Notes: generated by a model not told the origin, from the letters alone. A DNA stretch of 64,000 nucleotides from Candidatus Omnitrophota bacterium (GCA_024231025.1 JAAEQW010000150.1:239-64238), one strand, 5' to 3'. Numbered from the stretch's first letter, positions 1 through 10,001 are shown. Numbers and translations: made by a program.

Positions 1-1288
1 TAACTCTGGCGGAGATAAGTCAATATTCTTGACTAGCCAGGACGATATGTACGTGGGTTATGTTAGCGATCCATTCGACGTAACCTTGACTTCCAATGCC
101 GGAGCTATTATTGACAACAACGGTGATGCTCTTAATATTGCCACGGAGAATTTATCTCTTTCAGCGGTAAATGGTATTGCTTCTAGCGATGATCTAGATA
201 CAGCAGTTAGCACGATCAACGCCGTAAACGCGTTATCTGGTGATATTAACATTGAAAACACTGGCGATTTGTATGTCCAGCTTGTGCAAAATTTTGCACC
301 GAATGCAAACATCTCGGTTACTACTCATTCTAACTTAATGGTTGGCTCGATTATCGCCGAAGATGCAGTTTATCTAAATGCAACTGATGGTGATATCGTT
401 GATGACGGGCCTGGTGGTTACATCTCAGCAGGAACAGTTTCCTTAAACGCTTTGGGTGACATTGGCGATTTAACGACTCTCCATGGGGATATCGATCTAA
501 TAGCCGATGTGGTAAGCGCCAATGCCGGAGGAAGCATTGCCATTGAAGAGTTAGACGGGGCTTTATTTGAGAATATAAGCGGGGCAGAGGCGATTGCTAT
601 ATTAACTCATGGCTCAAGTGCGCTCAATGACATTGCTGGGCAGGATTTCGTAAGCATAAGAACATCTTTAGGCGACTTGACAGTGCTTGGCGACGGCATC
701 ACTTCTTTTGACGGAGGAATTGGCCTAACAGCTGATTACGGCTCAGTTTACGCGCAAGGATCAGGACCGCATTTGGTTGGGGGAAATGATTCTTTTATAA
801 ATGCGCCTTTCGGCAGAATTTCTCCTTTTGGAGCACCGTTGAATGTTTCCATAAAAGGAGACCTAATATTAAACATTTCAAACCTTGACATTACTGCTCC
901 TGATAGAAGAACCTATGGAAATTTAGCAGGAACTGTTGAAGGGGGCATTCCTTTACTTTACCCTACTAGCTTTCCTTCACCACTGAATCCTCCAGGATTT
1001 GTGTATTTCAACGGTGTCCAAATTTGGCCGCCTACTAGCAGTGAGATGTATCAGCAGCTTTCACGGGCAGTTTCAGCAAGATTCCAAAGAGGATATTTGG
1101 AATTTTTGCAAAATTATCGTATGGTTTCTTTTGATCAGATGATGCCCACATTCTACGCTTATCATCCTCTAACTTCTACCGATTCTTCAGCTTTTGATGA
1201 TATTGCTTTGGATGAGGAATTTTATGAGTTCTTAGAAGGAAGCATCGAACCAAGAGGTCCTTTGGCGCCTTATTTTGAAGGCACTTAA
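1..1288 (+). CDS. 5'-truncated large repetitive surface protein, filamentous haemagglutinin / beta-helical adhesin-like; C-terminal ~420 aa
   Basis: The frame is open to the window edge. It has degenerate G/D/N/S/T-rich repeats of the ..NAGGSIAIE.. and ..GDIDLIADV.. type typical of parallel beta-helix passenger domains. A strong terminator follows. Confidence 0.4.
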   Translation, partial: NSGGDKSIFLTSQDDMYVGYVSDPFDVTLTSNAGAIIDNNGDALNIATENLSLSAVNGIASSDDLDTAVSTINAVNALSGDINIENTGDLYVQLVQNFAPNANISVTTHSNLMVGSIIAEDAVYLNATDGDIVDDGPGGYISAGTVSLNALGDIGDLTTLHGDIDLIADVVSANAGGSIAIEELDGALFENISGAEAIAILTHGSSALNDIAGQDFVSIRTSLGDLTVLGDGITSFDGGIGLTADYGSVYAQGSGPHLVGGNDSFINAPFGRISPFGAPLNVSIKGDLILNISNLDITAPDRRTYGNLAGTVEGGIPLLYPTSFPSPLNPPGFVYFNGVQIWPPTSSEMYQQLSRAVSARFQRGYLEFLQNYRMVSFDQMMPTFYAYHPLTSTDSSAFDDIALDEEFYEFLEGSIEPRGPLAPYFEGT

Positions 1289-1315
1289 GAATTAGAATAT
1301 AATTAGTAAATGACT

Positions 1316-1349
1316 AAAACAGGAGAGGTTACCCCTCTCCTGTTTTTTT
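1316..1349 (+). terminator. rho-independent terminator (AACAGGAGAGG-TTAC-CCTCTCCTGTT followed by a T run)
   Basis: Perfect 11-bp stem, 4-nt loop and a T7 tail directly after the stop of the first CDS. Confidence 0.8.
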
Positions 1350-1465
1350 ATACACATTGAGTTTAAGTGGCGCAAATAGTATAATAGAAAAGTGTAGGTT
1401 GACTAATTTAGAATGTTGATTTTGTTTTATTTGAAAAAATACCGTACTTGTTAAGGAGGTTACTT

Positions 1466-2011
1466 ATGAAAAAAGTTGTTTGCATAGCCTTAATGTCGCT
1501 TTTGGTTTTTGGTTGCAGTGCTCCCTCTAACGGAAAAACTGCCATTAAAATTGATAGTGTAAAAATATCCGTTAGTGAGTTTGATCAGGCTTTTTCTTTG
1601 TCTAACCTTGCTGATGGTGATAAGTCAGCCAAGAGAGAGTTTTTAGATATTCTTGTTTCGCGTAAATTAATTTTAAAAGAGGCAGAAAATTTGGGTTTAG
1701 ACAAGGATACCGAATTTTTGCAGGACATTCAACTTTTTTGGGAACAATCCTTGCTGAAAAGGATTCTTTCTAGGAAAGTAGAGCAAATAGAAAAAGACGC
1801 AAAAGTCGAAAATGAGGAAATTAGCGCATATTATATTGCCAACAGCGCAGATCAATTTCCCCAAAAATCATTAGAAGATGTTCATGATCAAATACAATTG
1901 TTGCTATCGAAACAAAAACAAAAACAATTAATGCAGGAGTGGATAAATTCCTTAAAAGAGAAAGCGAAAATAAAAATTGATTATGATTTATTGCAAATAG
2001 AGGAGGATTAG
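1466..2011 (+). CDS. SurA-N-terminal-domain-like periplasmic chaperone lipoprotein
   Basis: AAGGAGG sits 6 nt upstream of the ATG. The signal peptide carries a lipobox (LLVFGC). The body is helical and Lys/Glu-rich, resembling SurA/PpiD N-domains. Confidence 0.45.
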   Translation: MKKVVCIALMSLLVFGCSAPSNGKTAIKIDSVKISVSEFDQAFSLSNLADGDKSAKREFLDILVSRKLILKEAENLGLDKDTEFLQDIQLFWEQSLLKRILSRKVEQIEKDAKVENEEISAYYIANSADQFPQKSLEDVHDQIQLLLSKQKQKQLMQEWINSLKEKAKIKIDYDLLQIEED

Positions 2012-2012
2012 C

Positions 2013-2582
2013 ATGGCAACAAAGTCAAAGCGCAAGCAATATTTGATTGATAGTAATTTTCAAATTAAATTTATTTTAAAATTTTGCCTAGTAGTTGTTC
2101 TCTCTTCTTTACTAGTTGTTGGATTGCTTTTGTTTTTAGCAAAAGATTCAACCACTGTAGCTATTGAAAATACTCAAGTTTTGGTTAAAAACACAGCTGA
2201 TTTTATTTTACCACTTACGATAAGTGCAGTATTGATTGGAATGCTATTTTCCGGAGGTGTGGTTTTAATTTTGACACTGTTTACTTCTCATAAAATTTCT
2301 GGCCCGCTATACAGGTTAAAAAACGAAGTGGATAATTTGACGAAAGGTGATTTTAAAAGAAATTTTTATATTCGTGGCGATGATCAACTACAGAATTTCT
2401 CTCAGAGCCTGGATCAGATGTGTAACTCATTACGCGATAAGCACTTAGCGTTAAGAAATAAGTATCAGTATCTAAAAGATTATCTAGAGGATAAGCAATT
2501 TTCTCTTTCCGATGAAAATAAAGAGGAAGCAGCCAAGGCTTTAAATGACTTAGGAGAGGAATTATCTGGTTTTAAGCTTTAA
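2013..2582 (+). CDS. membrane protein with two TM segments and a HAMP domain, no output domain
   Basis: Two hydrophobic helices are followed by a HAMP-like GPLYRLKNEVDNLTKGDF segment and a coiled coil. It is translationally coupled to its neighbours. Confidence 0.45.
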   Translation: MATKSKRKQYLIDSNFQIKFILKFCLVVVLSSLLVVGLLLFLAKDSTTVAIENTQVLVKNTADFILPLTISAVLIGMLFSGGVVLILTLFTSHKISGPLYRLKNEVDNLTKGDFKRNFYIRGDDQLQNFSQSLDQMCNSLRDKHLALRNKYQYLKDYLEDKQFSLSDENKEEAAKALNDLGEELSGFKL

Positions 2583-3139
2583 TGAAAAAGTTTTTTCTTC
2601 TACTTATTTGCATTACTTTTCCATTTTCTCTTTTTGCTCAGGAGCGCAAGCTTTTGCCATTATCTGAGGGGAAGTATTTTTCTGTATATGGCGATAATCT
2701 GAACGCTATTCTAGTGTTAGAGAAAATTAATTCCCCTTCTTTGGTGTCAGTTGATAGCATTTTCACAAAAACCGACAATCTTTATGATGTGCTAGCCGAA
2801 ACTTTAGACAATCTTTATTCAGAGGTTTCAGATATTCTAGATATTCATATGTATAGTTTTCATAGTAAGATTCATATTGTTCGTGATAAATTCCAGCTAA
2901 ATTCAATACTTAATAGGCGCTACAAAATGGATTTTACTAAAGAGGCACTTTATTTGCATGAAGAAAACACGATTTATGTATCGCTTGAAGATTTAACTCT
3001 AGGCATGTTGGGCCATGAAATCGGCCATGCGATAGTGTCTCGTTATTTTGTGGTTCCCCCTCCGGTAAAAGTGCAAGAAGTTCTTTGTGGATATGTAGAA
3101 TATAATCTGCGTAAAAAAACCAAGGAAATTCCCCATTAA
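2582..3139 (+). CDS. secreted HExxH zinc-metallopeptidase-like protein
   Basis: N-terminal signal peptide plus a HEIGHAIV (HExxH) motif. The start overlaps the previous stop. Confidence 0.4.
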   Translation: MKKFFLLLICITFPFSLFAQERKLLPLSEGKYFSVYGDNLNAILVLEKINSPSLVSVDSIFTKTDNLYDVLAETLDNLYSEVSDILDIHMYSFHSKIHIVRDKFQLNSILNRRYKMDFTKEALYLHEENTIYVSLEDLTLGMLGHEIGHAIVSRYFVVPPPVKVQEVLCGYVEYNLRKKTKEIPH

Positions 3140-3224
3140 ATCCTAGTCTTTTTACTGTTCAAGCTAAAAGTCCTTGCCAGTAGGCGTGTAATATGATAAA
3201 TTACTTTAAATTTGGAGGTGCAAA

Positions 3225-5099
3225 ATGAGTGAAAATTACATGGAGTTATTAAAACAAAAGATTGATCAGGAAAATTTGGATAAGTTGTTGGCCTTAAAGA
3301 ATGAAGAGGTTATTAACTTTGTTGGTGAGTATGTCGAGCTTTGCAACCCGGCTAGCGTTTTTGTACGTACAGATTCAGAGCCTGATAGGGCATATATTAG
3401 AGGCAAATCTCTATCCGGAAATGAAGAGATACCACTGAAGACGAAGGGGCATACCGCCCACTTTGATGGTTTTTTTGATCAGGCAAGAGACAAAAAAAAT
3501 ACCAAATATTTGGCAGTCGGTGATCGTAAATACACTAAGTATGTTAATACTGTCGATAAAGATAGCGGTTTAGGTGAGGTAAGGGGATATTTGAAAGATA
3601 TAATGCAGGGCAAGGAGATGTTTGTTTGCTTTTTTTGTTTGGGTCCTGCTAATTCAGAATTTTCAATATCAGCAGTGCAAATTACTGATTCTGCCTATGT
3701 TGTGCACTCTGAAGATATTTTATATCGACCAGGCTATGAACAATTTAAAGGCGTTAAGAGTGAATTTTTCCACTTTGTGCATAGCGCTGGTGAATTAGAG
3801 GCAGCAGTTAGCAAGAATGTTGATTCTCGCCGTGTTTACATTGACTTAGAGAACAATACGGTTTTTAGCACTAACACCCAATATGCAGGAAATACTGTTG
3901 GGTTGAAAAAACTGGCCTTACGTCTTGCGATTAATAAAGCATCCAAAGAAGGGTGGCTTGCTGAACACATGTTTGTTATGGGCGTGCACAATGACCAGGG
4001 AGAAAAAGCTTATTTTTGCGGAGCATATCCTAGCATGTGTGGCAAAACTTCAACAGCAATGATCAATGGCGAGAAGATTATCGGAGATGATATTGCTTAT
4101 TTAAGAGAACGCAACGGAAAGGTTTATGCGGTAAACGTAGAACGTGGAATATTCGGTATCATTAAAGACGTTAACTCCACCGATGATGCCGTAATATTTA
4201 ATTCGCTTACTAAAGAGGGTGAGGTAATTTTCTCTAACATTTTAGTTGATAATGACGGTGTACCATTTTGGCTGGGCAAAGATGCACCGCTACCTTCAAA
4301 AGGTATAAATTATTCTGGGGATTGGTCGCCAGGTAAAGTTGACGATAAAGGTAACGAAATTACTCCGTCTCACAAAAATGCGCGCTATACAATTAGCATT
4401 AGTGCTTTGGATAATGTAGATGAAAATTTAGAAAATCCCGATGGAGTAGAGATCAAGGGGCTTGTTTATGGAGGAAGAGATTCCGACACATCCTCGCCGA
4501 TCGAGCAATCGTTATCTTGGGAGCACGGTATCATTACCAAGGCAGCCGCTCTAGAGTCTGAGACTACTGCGGCAACTCTTGGAAAAGAGGGCGTGCGGGT
4601 GTTTAATCCGATGTCGAACATTGATTTTCTTGCGGTAGGACTTGGCAAGTATATCGATATGAATTTAAGATTTAAAGACAAATTGAAAGACGCGCCGCTA
4701 ATTTTTTCTGCTAATTATTTTCTGCGCGATAGTGATGGAAAATTTTTAAATGCTATTGAAGATAAAAGAGTGTGGCTTAAATGGATGCGCCAAAGAGTTG
4801 ATAAAAGTGTTAAAGCGTTGAAAACTCCTACCGGGTTCATTCCTAAGTATGAGGATTTAGCACAGTTATTTAAAACTGTCCTAAACAAAGAATACAAAAA
4901 AGATGATTACATCGAACAGTTTAGCTTAAGGATCCCCAAAATTTTTGCCAAAATTGAACGCATATTGAAAATATATAAAGAATCTGAAGGCATTCCTAGT
5001 CAGCTGTTCGATGAATTAGAGGCACAAGGGCAGCGTCTTTCGCAATGTCAGAAAGAATTTGGTGATTGTGTAACACCTCAAAGCTTTAAGGAGGAATAA
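3225..5099 (+). CDS. pckG: phosphoenolpyruvate carboxykinase (GTP)
   Basis: Length 624 aa with a GAYPSMCGKTS kinase-1a P-loop and overall GTP-PEPCK layout. Confidence 0.8.
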   Translation: MSENYMELLKQKIDQENLDKLLALKNEEVINFVGEYVELCNPASVFVRTDSEPDRAYIRGKSLSGNEEIPLKTKGHTAHFDGFFDQARDKKNTKYLAVGDRKYTKYVNTVDKDSGLGEVRGYLKDIMQGKEMFVCFFCLGPANSEFSISAVQITDSAYVVHSEDILYRPGYEQFKGVKSEFFHFVHSAGELEAAVSKNVDSRRVYIDLENNTVFSTNTQYAGNTVGLKKLALRLAINKASKEGWLAEHMFVMGVHNDQGEKAYFCGAYPSMCGKTSTAMINGEKIIGDDIAYLRERNGKVYAVNVERGIFGIIKDVNSTDDAVIFNSLTKEGEVIFSNILVDNDGVPFWLGKDAPLPSKGINYSGDWSPGKVDDKGNEITPSHKNARYTISISALDNVDENLENPDGVEIKGLVYGGRDSDTSSPIEQSLSWEHGIITKAAALESETTAATLGKEGVRVFNPMSNIDFLAVGLGKYIDMNLRFKDKLKDAPLIFSANYFLRDSDGKFLNAIEDKRVWLKWMRQRVDKSVKALKTPTGFIPKYEDLAQLFKTVLNKEYKKDDYIEQFSLRIPKIFAKIERILKIYKESEGIPSQLFDELEAQGQRLSQCQKEFGDCVTPQSFKEE

Positions 5100-5968
5100 T
5101 GGTTTATCAAACAGATTATAAAGATGTAAATGTATTCAAAAAAGGAAAAGTTCGTGACGTATACGAAATAGACGATAACCTGCTTTTGATTGCAACTGAT
5201 CGGATTTCTTGTTTTGATTATATTTTACCAACTCCAATTCCTAATAAAGGTAAAATACTAACTAAGATCTCTTTGTTTTGGTTTTCGTTTTTAAAGGATG
5301 TTGTTGAAAATCATCTTATTTCAAGTCATGTGGAAGATTTACCGCCAGCTTTGTCTGAACATCGTGATGATTTAATCGGCCGCATCATGATTGCTAAAAA
5401 ATGTGAGGTGATCCCTTTTGAATGTGTTGTGCGGGGGTACATTTCTGGTTCTGGCTGGAAGGAATATCAGCAAAAAGGAAGTGTTTGTGAGATCAAATTG
5501 CCTGAAGGCTTAAAGCAATCCGATAAGCTCGAGAGTCCAATTTTTACTCCGGCAACTAAGGCTGATGCCGGCCATGATGAGAATGTTGGCTTCGACTATA
5601 TGGCAAGTCAAATAGGATTGGGATTGGCTGAGCAATTAAGAGATTTAAGTATTGCGATTTACAAAAAAGCGGCCGAGTACGCTGATAGTAAAGGTATAAT
5701 CATTGCCGATACCAAATTTGAATTCGGCCTTTTCAATGGTAAGGTTATTTTGGTGGATGAGGTATTAACGCCTGATTCATCACGTTTCTGGCCGAAATCA
5801 ACTTATTCACCAGGTGGTCCGCAAGCTAGTTTTGATAAGCAATTTGTGCGGGACTATTTAGAAAGCATTAATTGGGACAAACAGCCGCCGGCTCCCGAAC
5901 TCCCCGATGAAATTGTTTCTAAGACTGAAGATAAGTATAGAGAGGCTTTGAATCTGCTTAAAAGCTGA
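5099..5968 (+). CDS. purC: phosphoribosylaminoimidazole-succinocarboxamide synthase (SAICAR synthetase)
   Basis: N-terminus GKVRDVYEIDDNLLLIATDRISCFD is typical of PurC. Confidence 0.85.
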   Translation: MVYQTDYKDVNVFKKGKVRDVYEIDDNLLLIATDRISCFDYILPTPIPNKGKILTKISLFWFSFLKDVVENHLISSHVEDLPPALSEHRDDLIGRIMIAKKCEVIPFECVVRGYISGSGWKEYQQKGSVCEIKLPEGLKQSDKLESPIFTPATKADAGHDENVGFDYMASQIGLGLAEQLRDLSIAIYKKAAEYADSKGIIIADTKFEFGLFNGKVILVDEVLTPDSSRFWPKSTYSPGGPQASFDKQFVRDYLESINWDKQPPAPELPDEIVSKTEDKYREALNLLKS

Positions 5969-7791
5969 TGAAAAAATATGATACTGTTGTTATTGGTGCG
6001 GGGCATGCCGGCATTGAAGCAGCGTATCTGGCAGCAAAACTCCACTGTTCGGTTTTACTTTTAACCCTTGATATTGATGGTATTGGAAGGCTCTCATGTA
6101 ATCCGGCCGTGGGCGGAGTTGCTAAAGGGCATTTGGTTAGGGAAGTCGATGCTTTAGGCGGTTTAATTGGTAAAATTACTGATTCAAGTGCTTTAGGTTA
6201 TCGCTTTTTAAACCGCAGCAAGGGCAAAGCTGTTTGGGCAACCAGGGTTCAGGTGGATAAGTATGTTTATCCTAAAGTAGCAAGAGAATATCTCCAAAAT
6301 AGCAGCAACATAACCATCCTTAACGCAAAAGTTAAGAACATAATTACAAAAAATAATAAAGTAAAAGGGGTAGAAACTAATTTCGGGCAGTTTTTTTATG
6401 CAAAAACAATCATTGTTTGTGCTGGAACATTTCTTAAAGGAAAAATACATATTGGTTTGGATAGTTTTTCCGGAGGCAGACTTTATGAAGAATCAAGCAA
6501 CAGTCTGTTTAAAAGCATAAAGGCGCTTAAGCTTAAAACTAAACATTTTAAAACTGGAACCTGTGCCAGGCTTGATCGGCGAACCTTAAACTTTTCTAAG
6601 ATGGTTGAGCAGCCTTCACAAGAGGATGTTGAGCCGTTTTCTTTTTTTAACAAAAGAATAGGAAAAAATCATTTAAGCTGCTACATTACACATACCAACA
6701 AAAAAACACATAAGGTAATCTCTAAAAATTTAAAGTATTCGCCTCTTTATACGGGAAAAATCAAATCAACCGGAGTTAGGTATTGTCCTTCTCTTGAAGA
6801 TAAGATTGTGCGTTTTTCAAATCGCGATCAACATCAAATTTTTATTGAGCCAGAGGGTAGAGATAGCGTCGAGATTTATCCTAATGGAATTTCTACATCG
6901 CTGCCGTTTGATGTCCAGTGTGAATTTATCCAAACCATCAAGGGGCTAGAGAGCGCTGTGATTCTTCGCCCTGGTTATGGCATTGAGCATGGTGTTATTG
7001 ACGCAAGAGAACTGAGTGCAACATTGCAAACGCAAACGATTAGCGGGCTTTATTTTGCCGGGCAGCTTAATGGAACAACTGGTTATGAAGAAGCAGCCGC
7101 CCAAGGTGCTATTGCTGGCATAAACGCTGCCTTAAGTGTAAAAGGCAAAAATCCATTTGTTTTAGATAGGAGCGATGCGTTTATCGGTGTATTGATTGAT
7201 GACTTGGTAAATAAGGGAACAAATGAACCGTATCGGATGTTCACATCAAGAAGTGAATTTCGTCTTTCAGTGCGTGAGGGCAATGCCGCCTTTAGGTTAA
7301 TGCCAAAGGCCTATAAGTTGGGTTTAATAAATAAAGAAGAATATGCTCTCTTGCAAAAACAAAAAACGTCATTGGAGGGGATAATCAAAGATCTCCGATC
7401 TACAAAGGTCACAATGAACGGTAAAAAAGACTCTTTAGCTAACTTTTTAAAAAGACCGCAAGTGTCATTCGCAAACGTTAACAAACATCTTGATAAAAAA
7501 ATTAAAACTTCATTTTTATCGAAAGAAGCAGAGGTAACGATAAAATATGAAGGATTCCTGCGTAGAGAGCAGTCTGCGGTTAGGGAGCTTAAAAATTTTG
7601 ATAGAATAAAAATACCTGCAATCGATTATTCAAAAGTGCATTCTTTATCTCGAGAAGTAGTTGAAAAGTTGAAAAAGTTTAACCCCAAAACTTTAGGTGA
7701 TGCATTAAAAATCAGTGGGATTACACCGGCCGCAGTTTTAAATATCTATAGCTTTATAAGGCGACCTAAAGATCAAGATAATTGCCGATAA
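5968..7791 (+). CDS. mnmG: tRNA uridine 5-carboxymethylaminomethyl modification enzyme MnmG/GidA
   Basis: FAD motif YDTVVIGAGHAGIEAA at the N-terminus, 607 aa, and a GidA-like C-terminal domain. Confidence 0.9.
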   Translation: MKKYDTVVIGAGHAGIEAAYLAAKLHCSVLLLTLDIDGIGRLSCNPAVGGVAKGHLVREVDALGGLIGKITDSSALGYRFLNRSKGKAVWATRVQVDKYVYPKVAREYLQNSSNITILNAKVKNIITKNNKVKGVETNFGQFFYAKTIIVCAGTFLKGKIHIGLDSFSGGRLYEESSNSLFKSIKALKLKTKHFKTGTCARLDRRTLNFSKMVEQPSQEDVEPFSFFNKRIGKNHLSCYITHTNKKTHKVISKNLKYSPLYTGKIKSTGVRYCPSLEDKIVRFSNRDQHQIFIEPEGRDSVEIYPNGISTSLPFDVQCEFIQTIKGLESAVILRPGYGIEHGVIDARELSATLQTQTISGLYFAGQLNGTTGYEEAAAQGAIAGINAALSVKGKNPFVLDRSDAFIGVLIDDLVNKGTNEPYRMFTSRSEFRLSVREGNAAFRLMPKAYKLGLINKEEYALLQKQKTSLEGIIKDLRSTKVTMNGKKDSLANFLKRPQVSFANVNKHLDKKIKTSFLSKEAEVTIKYEGFLRREQSAVRELKNFDRIKIPAIDYSKVHSLSREVVEKLKKFNPKTLGDALKISGITPAAVLNIYSFIRRPKDQDNCR

Positions 7792-8842
7792 AATCAGCAA
7801 ATTTTTTACTTCCGCCTCCGGGGCCAAGAAGCGCCGCAACGCCGGATAAATCACTTTCAATTTTCTGGTAAGCTTGTCTATCTTCGAGTACGCTTAGTGT
7901 GTATTTGGCAATGTTTTCTGCAGTTACATCGTTTTGAAGCAGCTCTTCGATAATCTTACGGTTTGATAAGATATTAACCATCCCAGCAAATTTTATATTA
8001 ACCAGTTTCTTTACAATTTTCCAGGTTAATAAATTCAATTTGCAGACAATTAAATAAGGGATTCTTAAAATGGCAATTTTTATTGTTGCTGTACCTGAAG
8101 CAGTAATAATAAATTCCGATCTCTGCAGTTCTTCGGTGCAATACTCAACGACTGGTATATCAACAGAAAATTTCTCATAAAAACTTTCGGGAATGTTAGC
8201 CGGACGGATAATTTGAAATTTATAATTTAGTTTTTCTGCAATAATTTTTTTTGCACCTTGCATTGGTGGCAGGTGTTTTTTTATTTCATTTTTTCGTGAT
8301 CCAGGCATTAGGGAAATCAAGGTTTCGCACTTTACGTCTTTTTTCTCTATAATTTCAAGTAAAGGATGGCCAAAATACAAAACGTCGATCCCCTCGTTTT
8401 TATAAAAATCTTGTTCAAATTTAAAAATAACAATCATTTTATCTACGTATTTTTTTATCAATTTTATTCGTTTTTTTCTCCATGCCCAAACTTGAGGGCT
8501 TATGTAATAAAAAACTGGATATTTGTGATTTAGTTTTTTTAAGAGGCGAAGATTAAAATCGGGGAAGTCAATTGGAATTATCAAATCCGGTTTAATTTTT
8601 TCTATTTCTTCTACGGTTGTTTTAAAGATTTTGAGAATTTTTTTGAGACCAGATAATACTTCAAAAATTCCGGTAACTGAATGAGAGAGGAGATTAATTT
8701 TTTGTTGTGAGTGTTGAGCGAGATTTTCACCGCCGAAAGAAAAAATTTCGACACCAGGATATTTTTCTTTTAAGTACCTGCTTAAGAGTCCACCATAAAG
8801 ATCGCCAGATTTATCTCCGGCAATGATCGCTATTTTTTTCAT
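7766..8842 (-). CDS. lpxB: lipid-A-disaccharide synthase
   Basis: N-terminus MKKIAIIAGDKSGDLYGGLL and a glycosyltransferase family 19 layout. Confidence 0.85.
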   Translation of the reverse strand: MKKIAIIAGDKSGDLYGGLLSRYLKEKYPGVEIFSFGGENLAQHSQQKINLLSHSVTGIFEVLSGLKKILKIFKTTVEEIEKIKPDLIIPIDFPDFNLRLLKKLNHKYPVFYYISPQVWAWRKKRIKLIKKYVDKMIVIFKFEQDFYKNEGIDVLYFGHPLLEIIEKKDVKCETLISLMPGSRKNEIKKHLPPMQGAKKIIAEKLNYKFQIIRPANIPESFYEKFSVDIPVVEYCTEELQRSEFIITASGTATIKIAILRIPYLIVCKLNLLTWKIVKKLVNIKFAGMVNILSNRKIIEELLQNDVTAENIAKYTLSVLEDRQAYQKIESDLSGVAALLGPGGGSKKFADFIGNYLDL

Positions 8843-8933
8843 CCTGTTAAACCTCTTATAAAATATTTTGCAAAAAGCGCTGGGCTTGCCCTATTAGACC
8901 TCTTGTGAAATGCGTTAGAAGGTCTGGTCGGGT

Positions 8934-9827
8934 TCATGCGAATTTTTTCTGAATATCAATGGCAAGAGCCAAAGCATTTCTTGCGCTGATTGCGTATTCT
9001 GTGCGGAACTTTTTGCCTTTAACTAAGCTTACAAATTCACCAATTTCTTTTTTTAACGGTTCTTCCTTATTGATTGGCAGAAGTTTTTTCGTGATTTTAT
9101 TTTTTATTTTTTGATATATTTCTACGCGTTGCTGAGCGTAGTCTAGCGATATGTAGCAATTATGCATGAAAATCCTAATTTTTCTTTCTTTTTTGGTTGA
9201 GATCCTTGAGCTGGTTATATTGGCAACACACCCATTTTTAAAAGTAATTCTGGTGTTAGCAATATCAGCTGAATTAGAAAGTACATTTACTCCCTTAGCG
9301 TCTATTTTTTTAACATCGCTTTTTACTAGGTCTAAGATTATATCCAAATCATGAATCATTAAGTCAAGGGTAACTCCAATGTCAAGAGAACGATGAGGAT
9401 AAGGGCTTAGGCGGTGACACTCAATAAAGAGGGGATCCTTGATAATTTTTTTTATCGCTAAGTATGCGTTGTTGTATCTTTCTACATGGCCGACAAAAAG
9501 TAAGGTTTTATTTTTTTTAGATACTTCAATCAGCTTGTTGCCTTCTTTTACGTCGGTGGTGAGTGGTTTTTCAACTAATACCGGTATTTTTCGTTCTAAA
9601 AAGAATTTTGCGATTTCAAAGTGAGTCGGGGTTGGTGTTGCCACGCTTACCATGTCAACTGCCCCAATTAGCTTGCGATAATCGTTAAAGCAAGGCACGT
9701 CGCTGCATTGAGCTAATTTTCCTGCATCAACGTCCACCGCAAAAACCTTCTTAACCGCTCTAAGTTCTTTATAGATGCGAAGATGGATGCTGCCTAATTT
9801 TCCTATTCCAATAACGCCAACTTTCAT
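8934..9827 (-). CDS. Gfo/Idh/MocA-family NAD(P)-dependent oxidoreductase
   Basis: MKVGVIGIGKLGSIHL Rossmann N-terminus and an EKPL motif. It is co-directional with lpxB. Confidence 0.7.
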   Translation of the reverse strand: MKVGVIGIGKLGSIHLRIYKELRAVKKVFAVDVDAGKLAQCSDVPCFNDYRKLIGAVDMVSVATPTPTHFEIAKFFLERKIPVLVEKPLTTDVKEGNKLIEVSKKNKTLLFVGHVERYNNAYLAIKKIIKDPLFIECHRLSPYPHRSLDIGVTLDLMIHDLDIILDLVKSDVKKIDAKGVNVLSNSADIANTRITFKNGCVANITSSRISTKKERKIRIFMHNCYISLDYAQQRVEIYQKIKNKITKKLLPINKEEPLKKEIGEFVSLVKGKKFRTEYAISARNALALAIDIQKKFA

Positions 9828-9868
9828 ATAATTTTTCTCATTTTTCTGATCTTTGGTCTCTGGTTTCT

Positions 9869-9912
9869 GGAAAATCCGGAAAAACTTACAACTTATAACT
9901 TAAAACTAAACC
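9869..9912. repeat. partial copy of the MITE-like element (left half: GGAAAATCCGGAAAAACTTACAACTTATAACTTA), flanked by GGTCTCT heptamers at 9851-9870 and 9916-9929
   Basis: 33/33 nt identical to 59531-59563. Located in the lpxB-operon to msbA divergent intergenic region. Confidence 0.6.
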
Positions 9913-9947
9913 AACGGTCTCTGGTCTACGTGATTGTATCAAATCTC

Positions 9948-9976
9948 TTGAGGAAAGTCAATTAATGTGGTAGAAT
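9948..9976 (+). promoter_or_regulatory. sigma70-like promoter for msbA (TTGAGG - 17 bp - TGgTAGAAT extended -10)
   Basis: Hexamers and spacing read directly from the sequence, about 25 nt upstream of the msbA ATG. Confidence 0.45.
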
Positions 9977-10001
9977 CATGCACTAATTTTGAAAGGTTTT
10001 T

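Noticed and set aside
58-312. Numerous short minus- or plus-strand ORFs in the track that overlap well-supported genes (e.g. 58-312, 4466-4681, 10778-10963, 12581-12895, 17657-17947, 19078-19287, 23034-23222, 28211-28850, 46438-47085, 48851-49294, 52444-52845)
   Set aside because: They lie antisense or out of frame within genes that have clear homology. They have no RBS or conserved motifs, and their composition is typical of shadow ORFs in AT-rich DNA.
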